From: Corallochytrium limacisporum Hawaii | Taxonomy: Eukaryota > Protista > Pluriformea | Direction of reading: 5' to 3' | NCBI GenBank assembly: GCA_002811645.1 | Contig: PDIP01000063.1 | Span: 201,190 to 265,189 of the forward strand | Length of the DNA stretch: 64,000 nucleotides | Shown: positions 1 to 11,364 of the stretch, one piece after another | Layout: every line of letters begins with the position of its first letter | How positions within the stretch are numbered: the stretch's first letter is position 1 | The notes under the pieces: model-generated | The model's input: the letters and a program-made list of their open reading frames with translations, nothing else | The model's database searches: none | Told to the model about the DNA's origin: nothing | Made by a program: the position numbers and the translations under genes

Positions 1-694
1 GGGACCGCTGGGCGTGAAGCTGGGGGGCGGCGGCGGGTTTCGATTTCTGCAATTGGGGAGCGCTGGGAGGCGTGGGTTGCGCCAGCTTCTGCTGTTGCTG
101 CGGCTGTTGCACGGGCTGACGCACTGGAGATTGATCAAACGGGTTACCCGGTCTGGAAATCTTCTTTTGAACGACAGCCTCCAGTTTCTTGATAGGAGAG
201 GTCTCCCTGTCGCTGTTTGTATCGTTGCCATCATCAGCCATTACGGTAGCGAGGCGGTTACCGAAATTGTTTGATGAGCGCAGGGTGCGGGAGCGTGAGG
301 CCCGCAGTGCTTCAGCACGCGCAGCGGCGGCGTCAAGATTACCACCAGCACCGGCCGCTTGGCGGGCGCGGAGATCCTTGAGAGAGGTGAAGGTACCAGT
401 GTTGGTGGGCTGGTCCTTCTCAAACATCGATCGATTCTGCCCGAAAGGGTTGGTGTTATTGCCGGACTGTGCCTGCAATGCCTTACGCTCCCGGCGCCAG
501 GTATCGAAGTCAGTGACCGAAGCCGCGGTACCCTTAGAAATGTCCGCTGCAGAGCCGCGCTGCGTGGAGAAGCCAGCGGCACTGCCGGTACCATAGCCCG
601 TGATCGACCCGCGACCAATGGGCACGTCCTTGCCACCACTGCCGTTCTCATCGGCTTTGTTGAACCGAGCGGCCAGTTTGGAAACCAGCGGCAT
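1..694 (-). CDS. 5' part of an uncharacterised low-complexity protein with two NPF motifs; runs off the window start
   Basis: Manual translation from the ATG at 694 (context caaatcATG) gives MPLVSKLAARFNKADENGSGG...NTNPFGQNRSMFEKD...RPGNPFDQSPVRQPVQQPQQQQ..., open to base 1. It is absent from the ORF track because its stop lies outside the window. Confidence 0.8.
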   Translation of the reverse strand, partial: MPLVSKLAARFNKADENGSGGKDVPIGRGSITGYGTGSAAGFSTQRGSAADISKGTAASVTDFDTWRRERKALQAQSGNNTNPFGQNRSMFEKDQPTNTGTFTSLKDLRARQAAGAGGNLDAAAARAEALRASRSRTLRSSNNFGNRLATVMADDGNDTNSDRETSPIKKLEAVVQKKISRPGNPFDQSPVRQPVQQPQQQQKLAQPTPPSAPQLQKSKPAAAPQLHAQRS

Positions 695-1689
695 GATTTG
701 TATGAATGAAAAGTTGTCGTTGGGCTGTTCAGGGGTTGTATGTGTTGTCTAATCCCATAGAACAGGGTTTACGTCGTATGATACCTAGAGCACTCAAGTG
801 GTGGAGATCATTCAGTACGGACCAGTTTATACCTTTACGTCTAACAACGCAAATGACACGAACTGTTGAGAGCGAAAAGAAAAGCCAAAGCGCTAAGACG
901 AACAGAACTGGCTATCAAACAGTCGCAGAAGCAGCGTCGCTAACGAACCGTCCAAACAGTGCCGCGTTCTTTTTCGTCTTACTAATCATTTAACGTTCTG
1001 GTGTCGTTCGTCGTTCCGTTGTGTGAAAACTAAAAAGTTTAGAAAAATGCTCTTTGTTTGTGGAGAACCCTTGCCGACTGGGCGCGCCGTGATGTCTTCC
1101 TGGTGACCAAGGAACCGAACAACAAGGAAACAATGAGGACAGTACGCGATAAACAGCACACACACACAACACACACGCACACAGCGACCGCAGCCCCAAG
1201 GTTTGCTGCTGCCCTTTACCAGAATCCAAACCGCCCCCTTTTCCCCGGCCGGCTTTCGCGGCGCGAAACGGCCCAATTTCTTTCTTTCGTCTCCCCCAAT
1301 TTTTTTTCTTTTTTGGCTTTACTTCACTACCGCGGACAGGGCGGCGATGTGTCTGGTGAGTCTGGTGTGTGTGTGTGCTTGCTCGCAGCTAAGGGTGCCA
1401 CGGTGGGGAGGGGGGGGGGTTTAAAACACGGGGACGCCAACCCTTCCCCACCACCGCCAGCCCGTTCGGACCGCGCGCGGGCAAATTGGCTTTTGGCCTT
1501 CTCCCTTGCCTCTGCGTGCGTTGGTTGGGGGGGCGGGTTCTCCACGGGGCGGCGCGCCGTACATTTTCTATAGAAAACGATTTGCGCGGGAAGGCTTCAA
1601 AGGGCCCTTCCCTTAGAACCCCCGCTTCCCAGCAGCAGCGAAAAGCGGGGCCGAGGGTAAAAAGACCGGCCTTCCCCCACCCCCCCCCC

Positions 1690-1900
1690 NNNNNNNNNNN
1701 NNNNNNNNNNNNNNNNNNNNNNNNNNNNNNNNNNNNNNNNNNNNNNNNNNNNNNNNNNNNNNNNNNNNNNNNNNNNNNNNNNNNNNNNNNNNNNNNNNNN
1801 NNNNNNNNNNNNNNNNNNNNNNNNNNNNNNNNNNNNNNNNNNNNNNNNNNNNNNNNNNNNNNNNNNNNNNNNNNNNNNNNNNNNNNNNNNNNNNNNNNNN
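1690..1900. other. Assembly gap (N run). Others at 18665-18877, 23829-23893, 36869-37244 and 54728-55202
   Basis: N runs; each abuts C-rich or G-rich homopolymer sequence. Confidence 0.99.
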
Positions 1901-2983
1901 CCCCCGGGACTCCCTACTTTTGAAATATCTCTCTGTCTCTCCCTCCCTCCCTCCCTCTCTCTCTCTCTCTCTCTGTGCCCAGATTTTATCGATTACTTTT
2001 CTTCGGAAGGGAGGGGCAAATTGGGACAAGCAACACAAAAAAGGGACTCCGCGCACGCAGGGGACTCAACACCGCCGCCTGTTCGGTAGTTAAAGCGAAG
2101 GGGGACAGACCAACCCCCAGAGAAATAAACACGAAAAAACCAATTTTTACTTTTTCCTTGTCCGTTGGGGTGTGTGTAGAAGAGGGGCAGGGAGGGGAAG
2201 AGAGGGGGAGGGGTTCCCCCCCACAACCAAGGCGGTCCCGCCCAAAAAGAAAAAGACCCAGACAAAAAGAAAATACCAGGGCCCCCACCCCACCCCACGC
2301 TTTCTCACTCTTTAAAAAGAAAAAAATTCCCTCGACGTTTGAAAAAAAGAAAAACTCAAAAGGAGGCCCGGAGCGGGGGAGGGGGGTATTTTGCTTTGGT
2401 TTTTCTTCTGCCCTTTTTTTCTTTTACTTTGTCTTTCTTCTGGTCGGGCGTGTGTTAAGCGTTGGGCCCTGGTTCTTCAACTTTTTCCTTTTCTTTTCTT
2501 TTCATGTTTCTCCTTTGCTTTGTTGCGGCCGATTTCACTTTTCTTCAGTATAGCGTCTCTATGGGACGTATTCCGCCGAACAACCGTGGAGATAAGGAAT
2601 TTGGCTGTTTTTAAACTTTCCTTGTTTTTATTTTGTTGTCGATGGCTCCCCTGCACTACCCAGGCCCGCGCTGTGGTTGCTGAGTGAGCAATGTTAGCTG
2701 GAAACCTAATATCAATGAAAATTATAATTATACGGTTTAGTGATGAAAGAGGGTCCGGGTGGGGACCCGAGGTTGAGCCGGTGGGGTCCCGAGGGCACTC
2801 AGAGAACCGTCTTAGTTGTCCCAAGGGAATGGATTCGACTGTGTCCGGTATCACGGAGAGCTAGCGAACAAAATGTGGCACGCATCGGTAGCGGAAAAAG
2901 AACTTAAGAAGTGATTTACATGTTTTTAATAATCATAATGTATAATGGCATGGCACAGAGTTTGATGGAAAATGGAAGTGCGG

Positions 2984-4453
2984 TCACTCGCATGCGAGCT
3001 TGTTGTGGAACGAAGTCAGGGCAATGCAGAAGGCCTGCTGGGCGCTAAGGGGAAATGAGTAGTCTAGTGTAAAGATATCAGCACTCACTTTGCCCATTTG
3101 CAGAATGACATAGTCGGGATCCTTTGGATAGCACAGCTGAAAGTTTTTCACACTGGCCATGGTCACGCGTCCACGGAAGTCAAGTGTGTAGCTCTGGATG
3201 TCGTCGTTCCAATGCGGCATTTTGTTCTCGACAGAAATTGTCTTCTCCCGCATTTTGGGGTCCTTGCAAGCATCCATGAGACTGGGAACGCTCCGTCCGG
3301 TGCGCCACTGCAATCTCTCACCATCGACCGTGAAGCCAGGAATAACCACATTCATCTTGCGGGGCCCCCGCATACCTAAGATGTTGCTCTCGTACGTGAC
3401 GTTGGCAATCTCTGGGTATTTCGTCAGGTCCGTTTCCAGATCCTCATCATCGTCAAAGGCTCCCATGTAGTCGCTGGTATGATCAGTCCAATGGAAATTA
3501 GCACTGGCATGCTCTTCATGCTCTTCCCGCGGACTGATATTACCAGGCGACTGCGCTTCATCCTTGCCCAACGGTGGAGCGTTTGGGTTCAATCGCGATG
3601 GAGAGGCTGCTGTACGACCTTGAAGCACACTATTGCTCGTACTTGCTTGATCCCTGCGGGTTTTCTGCTGCTGCGACTGGTCGTCGCATAAATCAGAGGT
3701 TGATCCTCCAAGGGACAGAGCACTGAGATCCGGTGCTTGCTGACCGCGCGGGCTTGCCTTCGCCGCCATTCGCTTCGAACGTGGACTGGCCATCGGTGAC
3801 GAAGCGGCTTTAGCAAATTTTCCTAGGTCCGTCAGAGACACGGCCTTACGGACTCCTACGGTAGTCAGGTCGTAGCACTTGAACTTTAAGCCGAGGAAGT
3901 TCGACCGCACCCGGGCGATAGCGTTATCTAAGTTTGCTTCCCGCTCAAAGCTGATAATGTAATTCGCACTCTGTCCCTTTCCCAACCGTCTAGATGTCAT
4001 GCAGAGCCGTCGGGTGTTGGTGGTGCGGTCCTCAACGTAGAGTCGAAACATACCTCCGTTTGCATTTACCCTTTGAATGTGACAGTATAGTTTCTTAGTC
4101 GGCGGTGCTGGCCGCATAGCAAAGTCGACCATGTCTGTGGCACTACCGTCCCACAAAAAGTTCTCACTAATCTGTAGAGGAATGACCGCTGCGCTGTCTT
4201 CACCGTTGGGCCCTGCGGTCCCGCCGCTGGCCTCGAAACGCTCATGTTCGATGCTTGGTCTTGATCGCAGAGGTCTTCCACGAGCATCCATGGGGATGAT
4301 AGAGTCACCTTGATTTCCCCGTGGGGTGTGAAGCTCCTCCTCCTCATCACCGGGCATGCGTTGGTCGTCCTGCTGATCCTCATGAAGCGAATCTGCGCTT
4401 GACTCAAAATGACCACCCATGTTACTCAAGGGTGGAATATAAGGGCGCGACAT
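2984..4453 (-). CDS. TULP: Tubby-like protein (489 aa, C-terminal Tub domain)
   Basis: Tub hallmarks: RSNFLGLKF, YESNILGMRGPRKM, NKMPHWNDDIQSYTLDFRGRVTMASVKNFQL, and C-terminal FTLDYSFPLSAQQAFCIALTSFHNKLACE. Confidence 0.96.
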   Translation of the reverse strand: MSRPYIPPLSNMGGHFESSADSLHEDQQDDQRMPGDEEEELHTPRGNQGDSIIPMDARGRPLRSRPSIEHERFEASGGTAGPNGEDSAAVIPLQISENFLWDGSATDMVDFAMRPAPPTKKLYCHIQRVNANGGMFRLYVEDRTTNTRRLCMTSRRLGKGQSANYIISFEREANLDNAIARVRSNFLGLKFKCYDLTTVGVRKAVSLTDLGKFAKAASSPMASPRSKRMAAKASPRGQQAPDLSALSLGGSTSDLCDDQSQQQKTRRDQASTSNSVLQGRTAASPSRLNPNAPPLGKDEAQSPGNISPREEHEEHASANFHWTDHTSDYMGAFDDDEDLETDLTKYPEIANVTYESNILGMRGPRKMNVVIPGFTVDGERLQWRTGRSVPSLMDACKDPKMREKTISVENKMPHWNDDIQSYTLDFRGRVTMASVKNFQLCYPKDPDYVILQMGKVSADIFTLDYSFPLSAQQAFCIALTSFHNKLACE

Positions 4454-6933
4454 TGTAAACGGTTGCGAATATTCTGTGTTTTCTGTATTCCTTATCTTCT
4501 ATAGACTGTCTGTACACTAGATTTGAACCCTTCCGGGTACCCTGTCAAAGATTCCTTGCCTTGCTTTCCTTACCGTTGTTAGCCAACTTTGTCCCTGACA
4601 CAAGCTATTTTATTCACGGTTGCAATTAGATCTCTCAATTTTGCGAATATTTTTCTTTGAATTAAATCCTAAGTTTCAATACCTGAAAAACACATACAAT
4701 AGGCAAGGAATTCAGAAGATTCACGCAAAGGAAATGCATGCCCCACGTCCCATTGGCACCGCTCTCACCTTTCTCGGTGTACCCCAGCTTCGGGGAGTCA
4801 CCCCCCCCCAACCCTCCTCGGCGATGCGTAGCACCCAATGCACGCCCTATGGAAAACAAAGGCGGAGAAGCAAGGTTCACAGCGGGAGAGCCTCAAATGG
4901 CCAAACCCCCTCACCTCCTCCTCCTCCTCCTCCCCGGTCTCCTTCCCTACCCTTAGAGATCCCTTAAAAAGCCGGGCCTACCCGCCGCCAGAAGAAGGGG
5001 GAGGGGTGGTCCTGCCTCCTTCTTCTTTTTTTTTCTTTTTTAACTTCCGGTTTCTGACCACCACTGAGGTCCAAACATTTTCAACGAGAGTGAGTATTGG
5101 GGGGGGGGGGTAGAGGATTGATTGATGCCCAAGGACCATAAAAGGGGAAGGGACCTAGGGAACCCACCACCCCCCCTTTTTTTTTTGGTTGCGCCCGGTA
5201 CACTTGCGAGTCAATTGCCAATTTTGAAGGGTGTCAGCGGGCTAAACTTGGGGATCCAATTCTTGGGACCCGTGGCAGCGGCCCACCAATCACTCGGCCC
5301 GACATGAATGAATCGTCATTTCTTTATTCGATCCAGGCAGGCAGCCTCAGAGCCTTGCTCCTTTTGACTGTCTTCGTTGTTTCTCTCTTTGCATTCTTCC
5401 AAGCGGGGGTGGATGATGGTCGGGTTAGCTAGTTATACAGTTCAAGTAATGGCGGAGGCTCCGTGTTGGTTGGAGAACCACCGCCTGCTGAACATGACCC
5501 GAAGGCAGACGGAAAGAATGGACGTCGTTTGACCACTACCACTCTATCACGACGTATACCACGTTCACTTCTTTATGGTCAGACAACGAGTACATAATCT
5601 ATAGAGTTGGTAGAAAAGGAGTATCTTGGTCAGATGGGTTGAGTGGGAGAAGTGTAAACGAAGCAAAACAAGCACAGCATCACGCAGTCTTCTCTCATTC
5701 CCGCCTCCTCCAATGGAAATCCGAAGACCGCAGAGCTCACGGACAGTTTGATCAAATTCCGAAACAGACCCACCCGCTTGTGTCTGCCTGCCTGGGGCCT
5801 AATTGCTCTCCTTCCGTTGCCGCCCCCTGTGTGTGTATGTCTGTGACTGAGTATTGTCGTTGTTGCGGCCCCGCTGTTGCCGTCTTTGTTACTAACCACC
5901 CCGTCCTCCCCACCACCGCTCCCCTCCCGCAGGCAAGGGGGGCGTTGAGTCAGGTGTGTTGCCCCGCCGTGGGTTTTTCTTACAAACGAGCTCGATCAAT
6001 ATTTTACCGGATTTTACCCTCGCCGCCAAACCCACCCGTATCACACCTGCCAAACCAAGAGAAGAAAAATGGGAGGGAGAAGGGGGGGGCCTATAAAAAA
6101 ACGAAAACCATCCGAAAACACGACCATCATTAAATAGGCCCCGAAATTTAGGTCCCCCCTCCATCTTCCCTTCCCTCCCTTTCTTCCGGCTCCTCCCCCC
6201 CCCTCCCCCAAAAACCGCCGTACATAGAGGCGATCCCCCCCCCCCGGGGGGCAGCGATCGCGTCGGGCCTAATTTCATCCAAGGTGCAAAAAAAGACACG
6301 AAGGACGGGCGAAAAACGACCGGAGAAAGGGGGGCCGGGTCAAAGTGTCCAGGGGCCAGTCGTCGACCCACGGGCACCGGGGGTTTTTCCTTTTTGCGCC
6401 GTGCGTGCAGCAGCAGACACGGACGAAATTGGGGTGATTCGCAAGGTGGAAAGGGACAATTGCTGACCGGAAGTACCCGCAAGTGGGATTATAAAAACGT
6501 CCGTATAAAATAATTTGCATCTATAAATATATTCAAGTCCTAACCCTAGAAAAAAACTCCGCCGTGACATACCCCCCCTCTCCGCGGGCGGGCCCGCTCT
6601 CTTGCCCGTCCTCAAAGTTTTTTCCTTTCTCTCAGCAGCAATGAACTACTACCAGCGATTGCCAAATCCCTCCCCTCCCGGGGGAAAGGGGGAAGGCCAG
6701 CACTGAAATCTCGTGTGCAGTGACACGTCCTGTTGCGGGTTCATTCTTTGATAGCTAATCGTGATAGATGAAGTTATTTATGTGGGCATGCGCTCCAGGA
6801 AGGAAGATATGTATCGTATGGAGCGATACACTTTGTAAATAAGACGTTATATGATTATTAGGTTGGTGAGACCGTGACAGTAAGTATACTACTTGCCTTT
6901 GTTTGGTAACAGAAGTAGCGTATCACTGAGGAG

Positions 6934-8382
6934 ATGGTTGCAAACGCAGACAATAACATGTTGGCCGCCGCCGCAGGAACCACAGCACGGAGCATATCCA
7001 TGCCTGCAGGCAAAATATCGCGAGTGGCGGTGATCGGATGTGGTGCAAGTGGCATAATCGCCGCCCGTTGCCTACGAGCAAATGGCATCTCGGGGGTCAA
7101 GATTTTCGAACAGAGCGATGTGGTTGGAGGGACTTGGAAGTTCAGGCCCGAGTCTGACGCACAATTTGCAATGCATTCAAGCATGTACGAAGGGTTGCAT
7201 ACGAACTTGCCGAAGCAGATCATGCAGTACTCGGATATGGAAATCGAGGCAGACATCGACTACCCCGACCACACAGCGGTGCAGAACTACCTAGAAAAGT
7301 ATGCGGAGAAGCACGACGTCCCATCCCTGACTACCTTTTCCACGAAAGTACTTCAAATCTGGAAAGACAAGGCTGAAGATGGGCAGCAATGGGTTGTTCG
7401 CAGCGCCAGAATTGACGGAAGTGCACAAACTGAGGAGACTTTCGATGCCGTAATGGTCTGCAATGGGCACTACTCCCAACCTCTGATTCCAGCGATACCG
7501 GGTATCGATCAACTTCTGCCAGAGGACGGCGCTGGCCTATGTCACCCACCAACCGACCGTACTTACGATATGCAGAAGGGGGTCGTCTTGCATAGCCATT
7601 GGTACCGATCTCCCGGTCGGTTCAAAGATCGCCGGGTGCTAGTCCTGGGCGCGGGCTCGTCGGGCCAAGACATAGCGCGAGAGGTTGGATCCGTGGCCGA
7701 GAAAGTCTACATTGCCAGCGATAAAGTGGAGAGGCTCGAGATCCGGGACGCTGAGGAGAAACTTGTGGCCGAATCGATTAGGCCGGTCACGGAGTTTCCT
7801 ACCGTGCACACCGCTAAGACCCGCCGTGTGGTTGATGACAAGGGCACGGAGGAGGATGCTGTCATTGAGTTTGACGACCTCGTGATTTGCACCGGTTACA
7901 AATACGCGTATCCTTTCTTGGCGTCTGAAAAGGAAGGAGAGGACCATCACGTCGAAGACAAGGACCAGTCCACCAAATACTACGCGAACGGCGAAATCAG
8001 TGTCCTTAGCAATGGACGCTGGGTGGACGGCCTGTACCAGCATCTCTTTAGCAAGAGTGACCCGACCCTTAGTTTTGTAGGCCTACCCTGGCTGTGCATT
8101 CCATTTCCCATCGCTGAGTACCAGAGCGAATGGGTTGCACAGTTTCTGGCGGGCAAGCTCAGTCTGCCGGACAGGGAGGCCATGGACGCTTGGGACAAGG
8201 CATGGCGGCACAAGATGGACAAGGCTGACGAGGACGCAAGGTTCTACCACCGTCTAGGTACGGACCAATTTCCGTACCTCGACGGTATCGCAGAGATTAC
8301 GGGACTGCCGAAGACAACCGAAGATTTCCAGTGGAGATACTTCAACGCCAAGGAGATTCGGAAGCAAGTGTTAGGATACTAA
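6934..8382 (+). CDS. FMO: Flavin-containing monooxygenase (class B FMO)
   Basis: FAD Rossmann motif VAVIGCGASG, GGTW, SSMYEGLHTNLP, FMO fingerprint GVVLHSHWY, NADPH motif VLVLGAGSSGQD, CTGY. The start may be a later Met. Confidence 0.95.
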   Translation: MVANADNNMLAAAAGTTARSISMPAGKISRVAVIGCGASGIIAARCLRANGISGVKIFEQSDVVGGTWKFRPESDAQFAMHSSMYEGLHTNLPKQIMQYSDMEIEADIDYPDHTAVQNYLEKYAEKHDVPSLTTFSTKVLQIWKDKAEDGQQWVVRSARIDGSAQTEETFDAVMVCNGHYSQPLIPAIPGIDQLLPEDGAGLCHPPTDRTYDMQKGVVLHSHWYRSPGRFKDRRVLVLGAGSSGQDIAREVGSVAEKVYIASDKVERLEIRDAEEKLVAESIRPVTEFPTVHTAKTRRVVDDKGTEEDAVIEFDDLVICTGYKYAYPFLASEKEGEDHHVEDKDQSTKYYANGEISVLSNGRWVDGLYQHLFSKSDPTLSFVGLPWLCIPFPIAEYQSEWVAQFLAGKLSLPDREAMDAWDKAWRHKMDKADEDARFYHRLGTDQFPYLDGIAEITGLPKTTEDFQWRYFNAKEIRKQVLGY

Positions 8383-8562
8383 CCCGCAGTGAAGCTCGAC
8401 TGCTAGGCACAACGAATCTGACTGGCCTAAGTGTGGATTAAAGAATGTAGAAGAAAGAGTATTAGAATCTGAAATGTAATGAAACATAACTAGTTAGACG
8501 CATACGTCCTCGACAGAGAGCTTCCGTCTCTCTGGACCCACTTCCTCTATGAGTGCCTATGT

Positions 8563-11364
8563 CTACTTCTGTCCACCTTGCGCCTTCGTCGCGTTCCCGC
8601 CAGCATTAGAGGCTTGCTGCCCAGGTGTTCCGTTACCGCCCCTGGTGCCCTTACCCGCGGCGTTGGCGCCCGCTACTGGCACAGTAGACGTGCTACTGGC
8701 GATGGCCTGCTGCTGCATCTGTGCGGCAGCAGCATGCTGCGGCTGCTGCCATGCTGGAGACGCGTAGACGGGCTGGGGTGCCCAGCCTGCGTTGGTGTAT
8801 ACTTCAGTACCGTATGAGTGGTAATCAGCAGCGCCCGCGGCTGCGTTCCAATCGTTCGCAGAGACAGGCCGTATCCGTGGTACGGGGTGTGCTTGGGGAT
8901 GCGGATGATTCATAGCGGCCGCATATTGCGCGGGATGGTGGTGGTGATGGTGAGCCGCTGCAGGGTGATGCGCGGGGTGCACACCAATGTTGGCGGCCGC
9001 AGCCGCATGTAAGTTCATGTTCATGGCTGCACTGGCGGCCGCTGCATCATTGACATTGGAGGCAGCACCTGTTGTTGGGTACCAGAGGCCGCCGAAGCCG
9101 GCTCGGACGGCATTAGCATGCATCTGTTGCTGTTGGTGTTGCTGATGGGCAATATAGCCCTGACTGTTGCTGTGATGTTGCTGCTTGTTCGAATGGCTGC
9201 CGGACTTCCGGTTCGATGTCTTGGCGTTGTTGTTTCCTCCAGCGTTGCTGTTAGCGTTAGCGCCGTTACCGCTGTCTTTGTTGTCGGTGTTCTCCTGATG
9301 CTGATGATGCCTTGGACGCACAGGGTACTGATACGGATAATGCTGGTGATGATGCTGCTGTTGGTGGTGGAAAGGCATCCCACTCGCAGCTGCAGTCACG
9401 GACACATCGCCGTGGTTCAGATTCCGCGCATGGGCAGGCATACTTTTCGCCAGCTGCTGTTGCTCACCTGCGGATGCGGCATTAGCGTCATTGGCGGTCG
9501 CCATACCTGCCATAGTCCCGCCACCTGGACCTCTTCGCACAGCACTTTGAGCTGCCGTTAACGGCACAGTGGCCACAGCCACGCCGCCATGGCCTGTCCC
9601 AGGCATGCGCATGGCTGGCACCTTCGGAGTCCCCGCAGCGGCGGAACCCCCAGCAACTGTACTGTACTGGCCACCTGTCTGCTGTTGGTTCCGCTGTTTG
9701 CTGTCTTTGCTGTCCCGTTTGGATGACACAGAAGCGGCGTTTGCCGCCTCCTTCGACTGCTCCTGTGACCGCTTCCATTGCAGGAACTCTTCGAAAAGAG
9801 CGACGTCTTCTTTGCTGGCGTTCGCGAGAGATCCCCCCTGTCCCCGATTTTGCGAACCGCGAGTAGAAGGTCCGTCAATGCGGTTTCGTTGGTCCTTTTG
9901 CGGCTGAGTTGAATTGCCGCTGCTCTTAGTGCGCTGTTGTTGCTGCTGAGCGCCCTTGTCGTCACGCTGTGATCCGCCTCTTCCACGCGTCAGATGCTGC
10001 TCTTGTTCCCTCTTTGCATCCAAACGCTTCCGCAGATCACCGTCTCCTGGCTGGCGTCTATTGCGCTGTTGCTGCTGTTGCTGTGGGTGACGTCCTCCCA
10101 CCTTGGGCACAACCTGCGAATCAGAGCCTCGGTTCTGGCGTTGTTGCTGCTGTGGACCGCTTCTGACCCGGGACGAGGCATCTTCGGTCCTCTGCTGGTT
10201 CTTTCGATTGCCATCTTTAACGTCCTTGACCATCTTGGTTTCTTCCTTTCTAGTGTTCTTGCCGGTCGTCGGGGCCTCAGTGCCCTGGCTCTTGTTGCCA
10301 TTGTTCAGGGATTTGGACTGGTTCTTATTGTCTTTCTTGCTGCTAGCAACGATGTCCGCCTTTCTATCTTTCTGTTGGTTGCGATCCTTGACTCGATCCT
10401 TACCCTTCAGATCCGAAACATCAGAATACGGCGGCTGTTCCTTCTTGCCATTGGTCTTGTTGTTGTTCTTGGTATTGTCCTTGACAGAGACGGGATCATC
10501 CTTCTTGGCTTTTTGCTGCTGCTGCTGTTCTTGCTTCTTCGCCTTCATGTTGACTTTGTCGTCCCGTTCCGTGGTCACTTCCACAACTTTTTTGTCATCA
10601 GGTGGACCGATCTGAGAACTTTCGTCGTCCTTTTTCTTGCCCTTGTTCCGGTTGCGCTGCTGTTTGTTGCGCTTTCCTTCGTCAGCAGACTCAACCTTGG
10701 TCTTGTCATTCTTGTCCTGCTTAGGCTGTTCCTGTGCCTGCGTTGTCTTGGCCTTTTCCTTACTGTCGTTGACTTCGTCCTTGGTGTTGGATATGTCCTT
10801 ACCCTTCTGCTGTTCCTGCTGCTTCTTCTTCGCCTTACCGTCTTTCTTGACCTCTACAGGTGAGTCTTTGGACTCTACCTTTTTCTCGTCCCCTAGTTTT
10901 ATATTGTTGTCATTCTCTTCCGCAGTTATAGCATCCTTCTGACCTTTGTTCCTTCTGTTACTCGAACGTTTCTTTTCCTTTTCGGCTCCTCCAGCACTTT
11001 CAACAATTGCTTTCTCGCCCTGGTCAGGCTTTAGTTCCTTTGAGGCATCAGTTACTACAATGCTTTTATCTATTCCCTTCTGCTTAGACCACCGGTCCTG
11101 CTTCTGTTTGTTCGCTTTTCTATCCTGGTCTGACACCTTGTCACCTTTGTCAGCCACGGCTGGGGTAGTATTCTCCTTGTCGTCCTGTATCCTGGGTGAC
11201 CTATCGCTGTTCTGATCTCCTTTGGCTTCCACTGTTTCGACTTTTACAGTCTCCACAGGCTTAGGCTTATCTACAATCGACGGAGACTTGGCGGCGGCCT
11301 TGACCGCACCGTCCCCGGTGGTCTGCGCGTCGGTCATTGCCTTCTCTTTCACAGCCACGGGCAT
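8563..11364 (-). CDS. Large intrinsically disordered protein (K/D/E-rich N-half, Q/H/N/A-rich prion-like C-half), function unknown
   Basis: Uninterrupted ORF of about 2.8 kb. First ATG is at 11364 (the track start at 11388 is TTG). No recognisable folded domain; short helical-looking motifs GDLRKRLDAKR and DVALFEEFLQWKR. Confidence 0.85.
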   Translation of the reverse strand: MPVAVKEKAMTDAQTTGDGAVKAAAKSPSIVDKPKPVETVKVETVEAKGDQNSDRSPRIQDDKENTTPAVADKGDKVSDQDRKANKQKQDRWSKQKGIDKSIVVTDASKELKPDQGEKAIVESAGGAEKEKKRSSNRRNKGQKDAITAEENDNNIKLGDEKKVESKDSPVEVKKDGKAKKKQQEQQKGKDISNTKDEVNDSKEKAKTTQAQEQPKQDKNDKTKVESADEGKRNKQQRNRNKGKKKDDESSQIGPPDDKKVVEVTTERDDKVNMKAKKQEQQQQQKAKKDDPVSVKDNTKNNNKTNGKKEQPPYSDVSDLKGKDRVKDRNQQKDRKADIVASSKKDNKNQSKSLNNGNKSQGTEAPTTGKNTRKEETKMVKDVKDGNRKNQQRTEDASSRVRSGPQQQQRQNRGSDSQVVPKVGGRHPQQQQQQRNRRQPGDGDLRKRLDAKREQEQHLTRGRGGSQRDDKGAQQQQQRTKSSGNSTQPQKDQRNRIDGPSTRGSQNRGQGGSLANASKEDVALFEEFLQWKRSQEQSKEAANAASVSSKRDSKDSKQRNQQQTGGQYSTVAGGSAAAGTPKVPAMRMPGTGHGGVAVATVPLTAAQSAVRRGPGGGTMAGMATANDANAASAGEQQQLAKSMPAHARNLNHGDVSVTAAASGMPFHHQQQHHHQHYPYQYPVRPRHHQHQENTDNKDSGNGANANSNAGGNNNAKTSNRKSGSHSNKQQHHSNSQGYIAHQQHQQQQMHANAVRAGFGGLWYPTTGAASNVNDAAAASAAMNMNLHAAAAANIGVHPAHHPAAAHHHHHHPAQYAAAMNHPHPQAHPVPRIRPVSANDWNAAAGAADYHSYGTEVYTNAGWAPQPVYASPAWQQPQHAAAAQMQQQAIASSTSTVPVAGANAAGKGTRGGNGTPGQQASNAGGNATKAQGGQK

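Noticed and set aside
3565-3605. PAM2-like SRLNPNAPP in Tubby
   Set aside because: Lacks the essential Phe of the PAM2 consensus.
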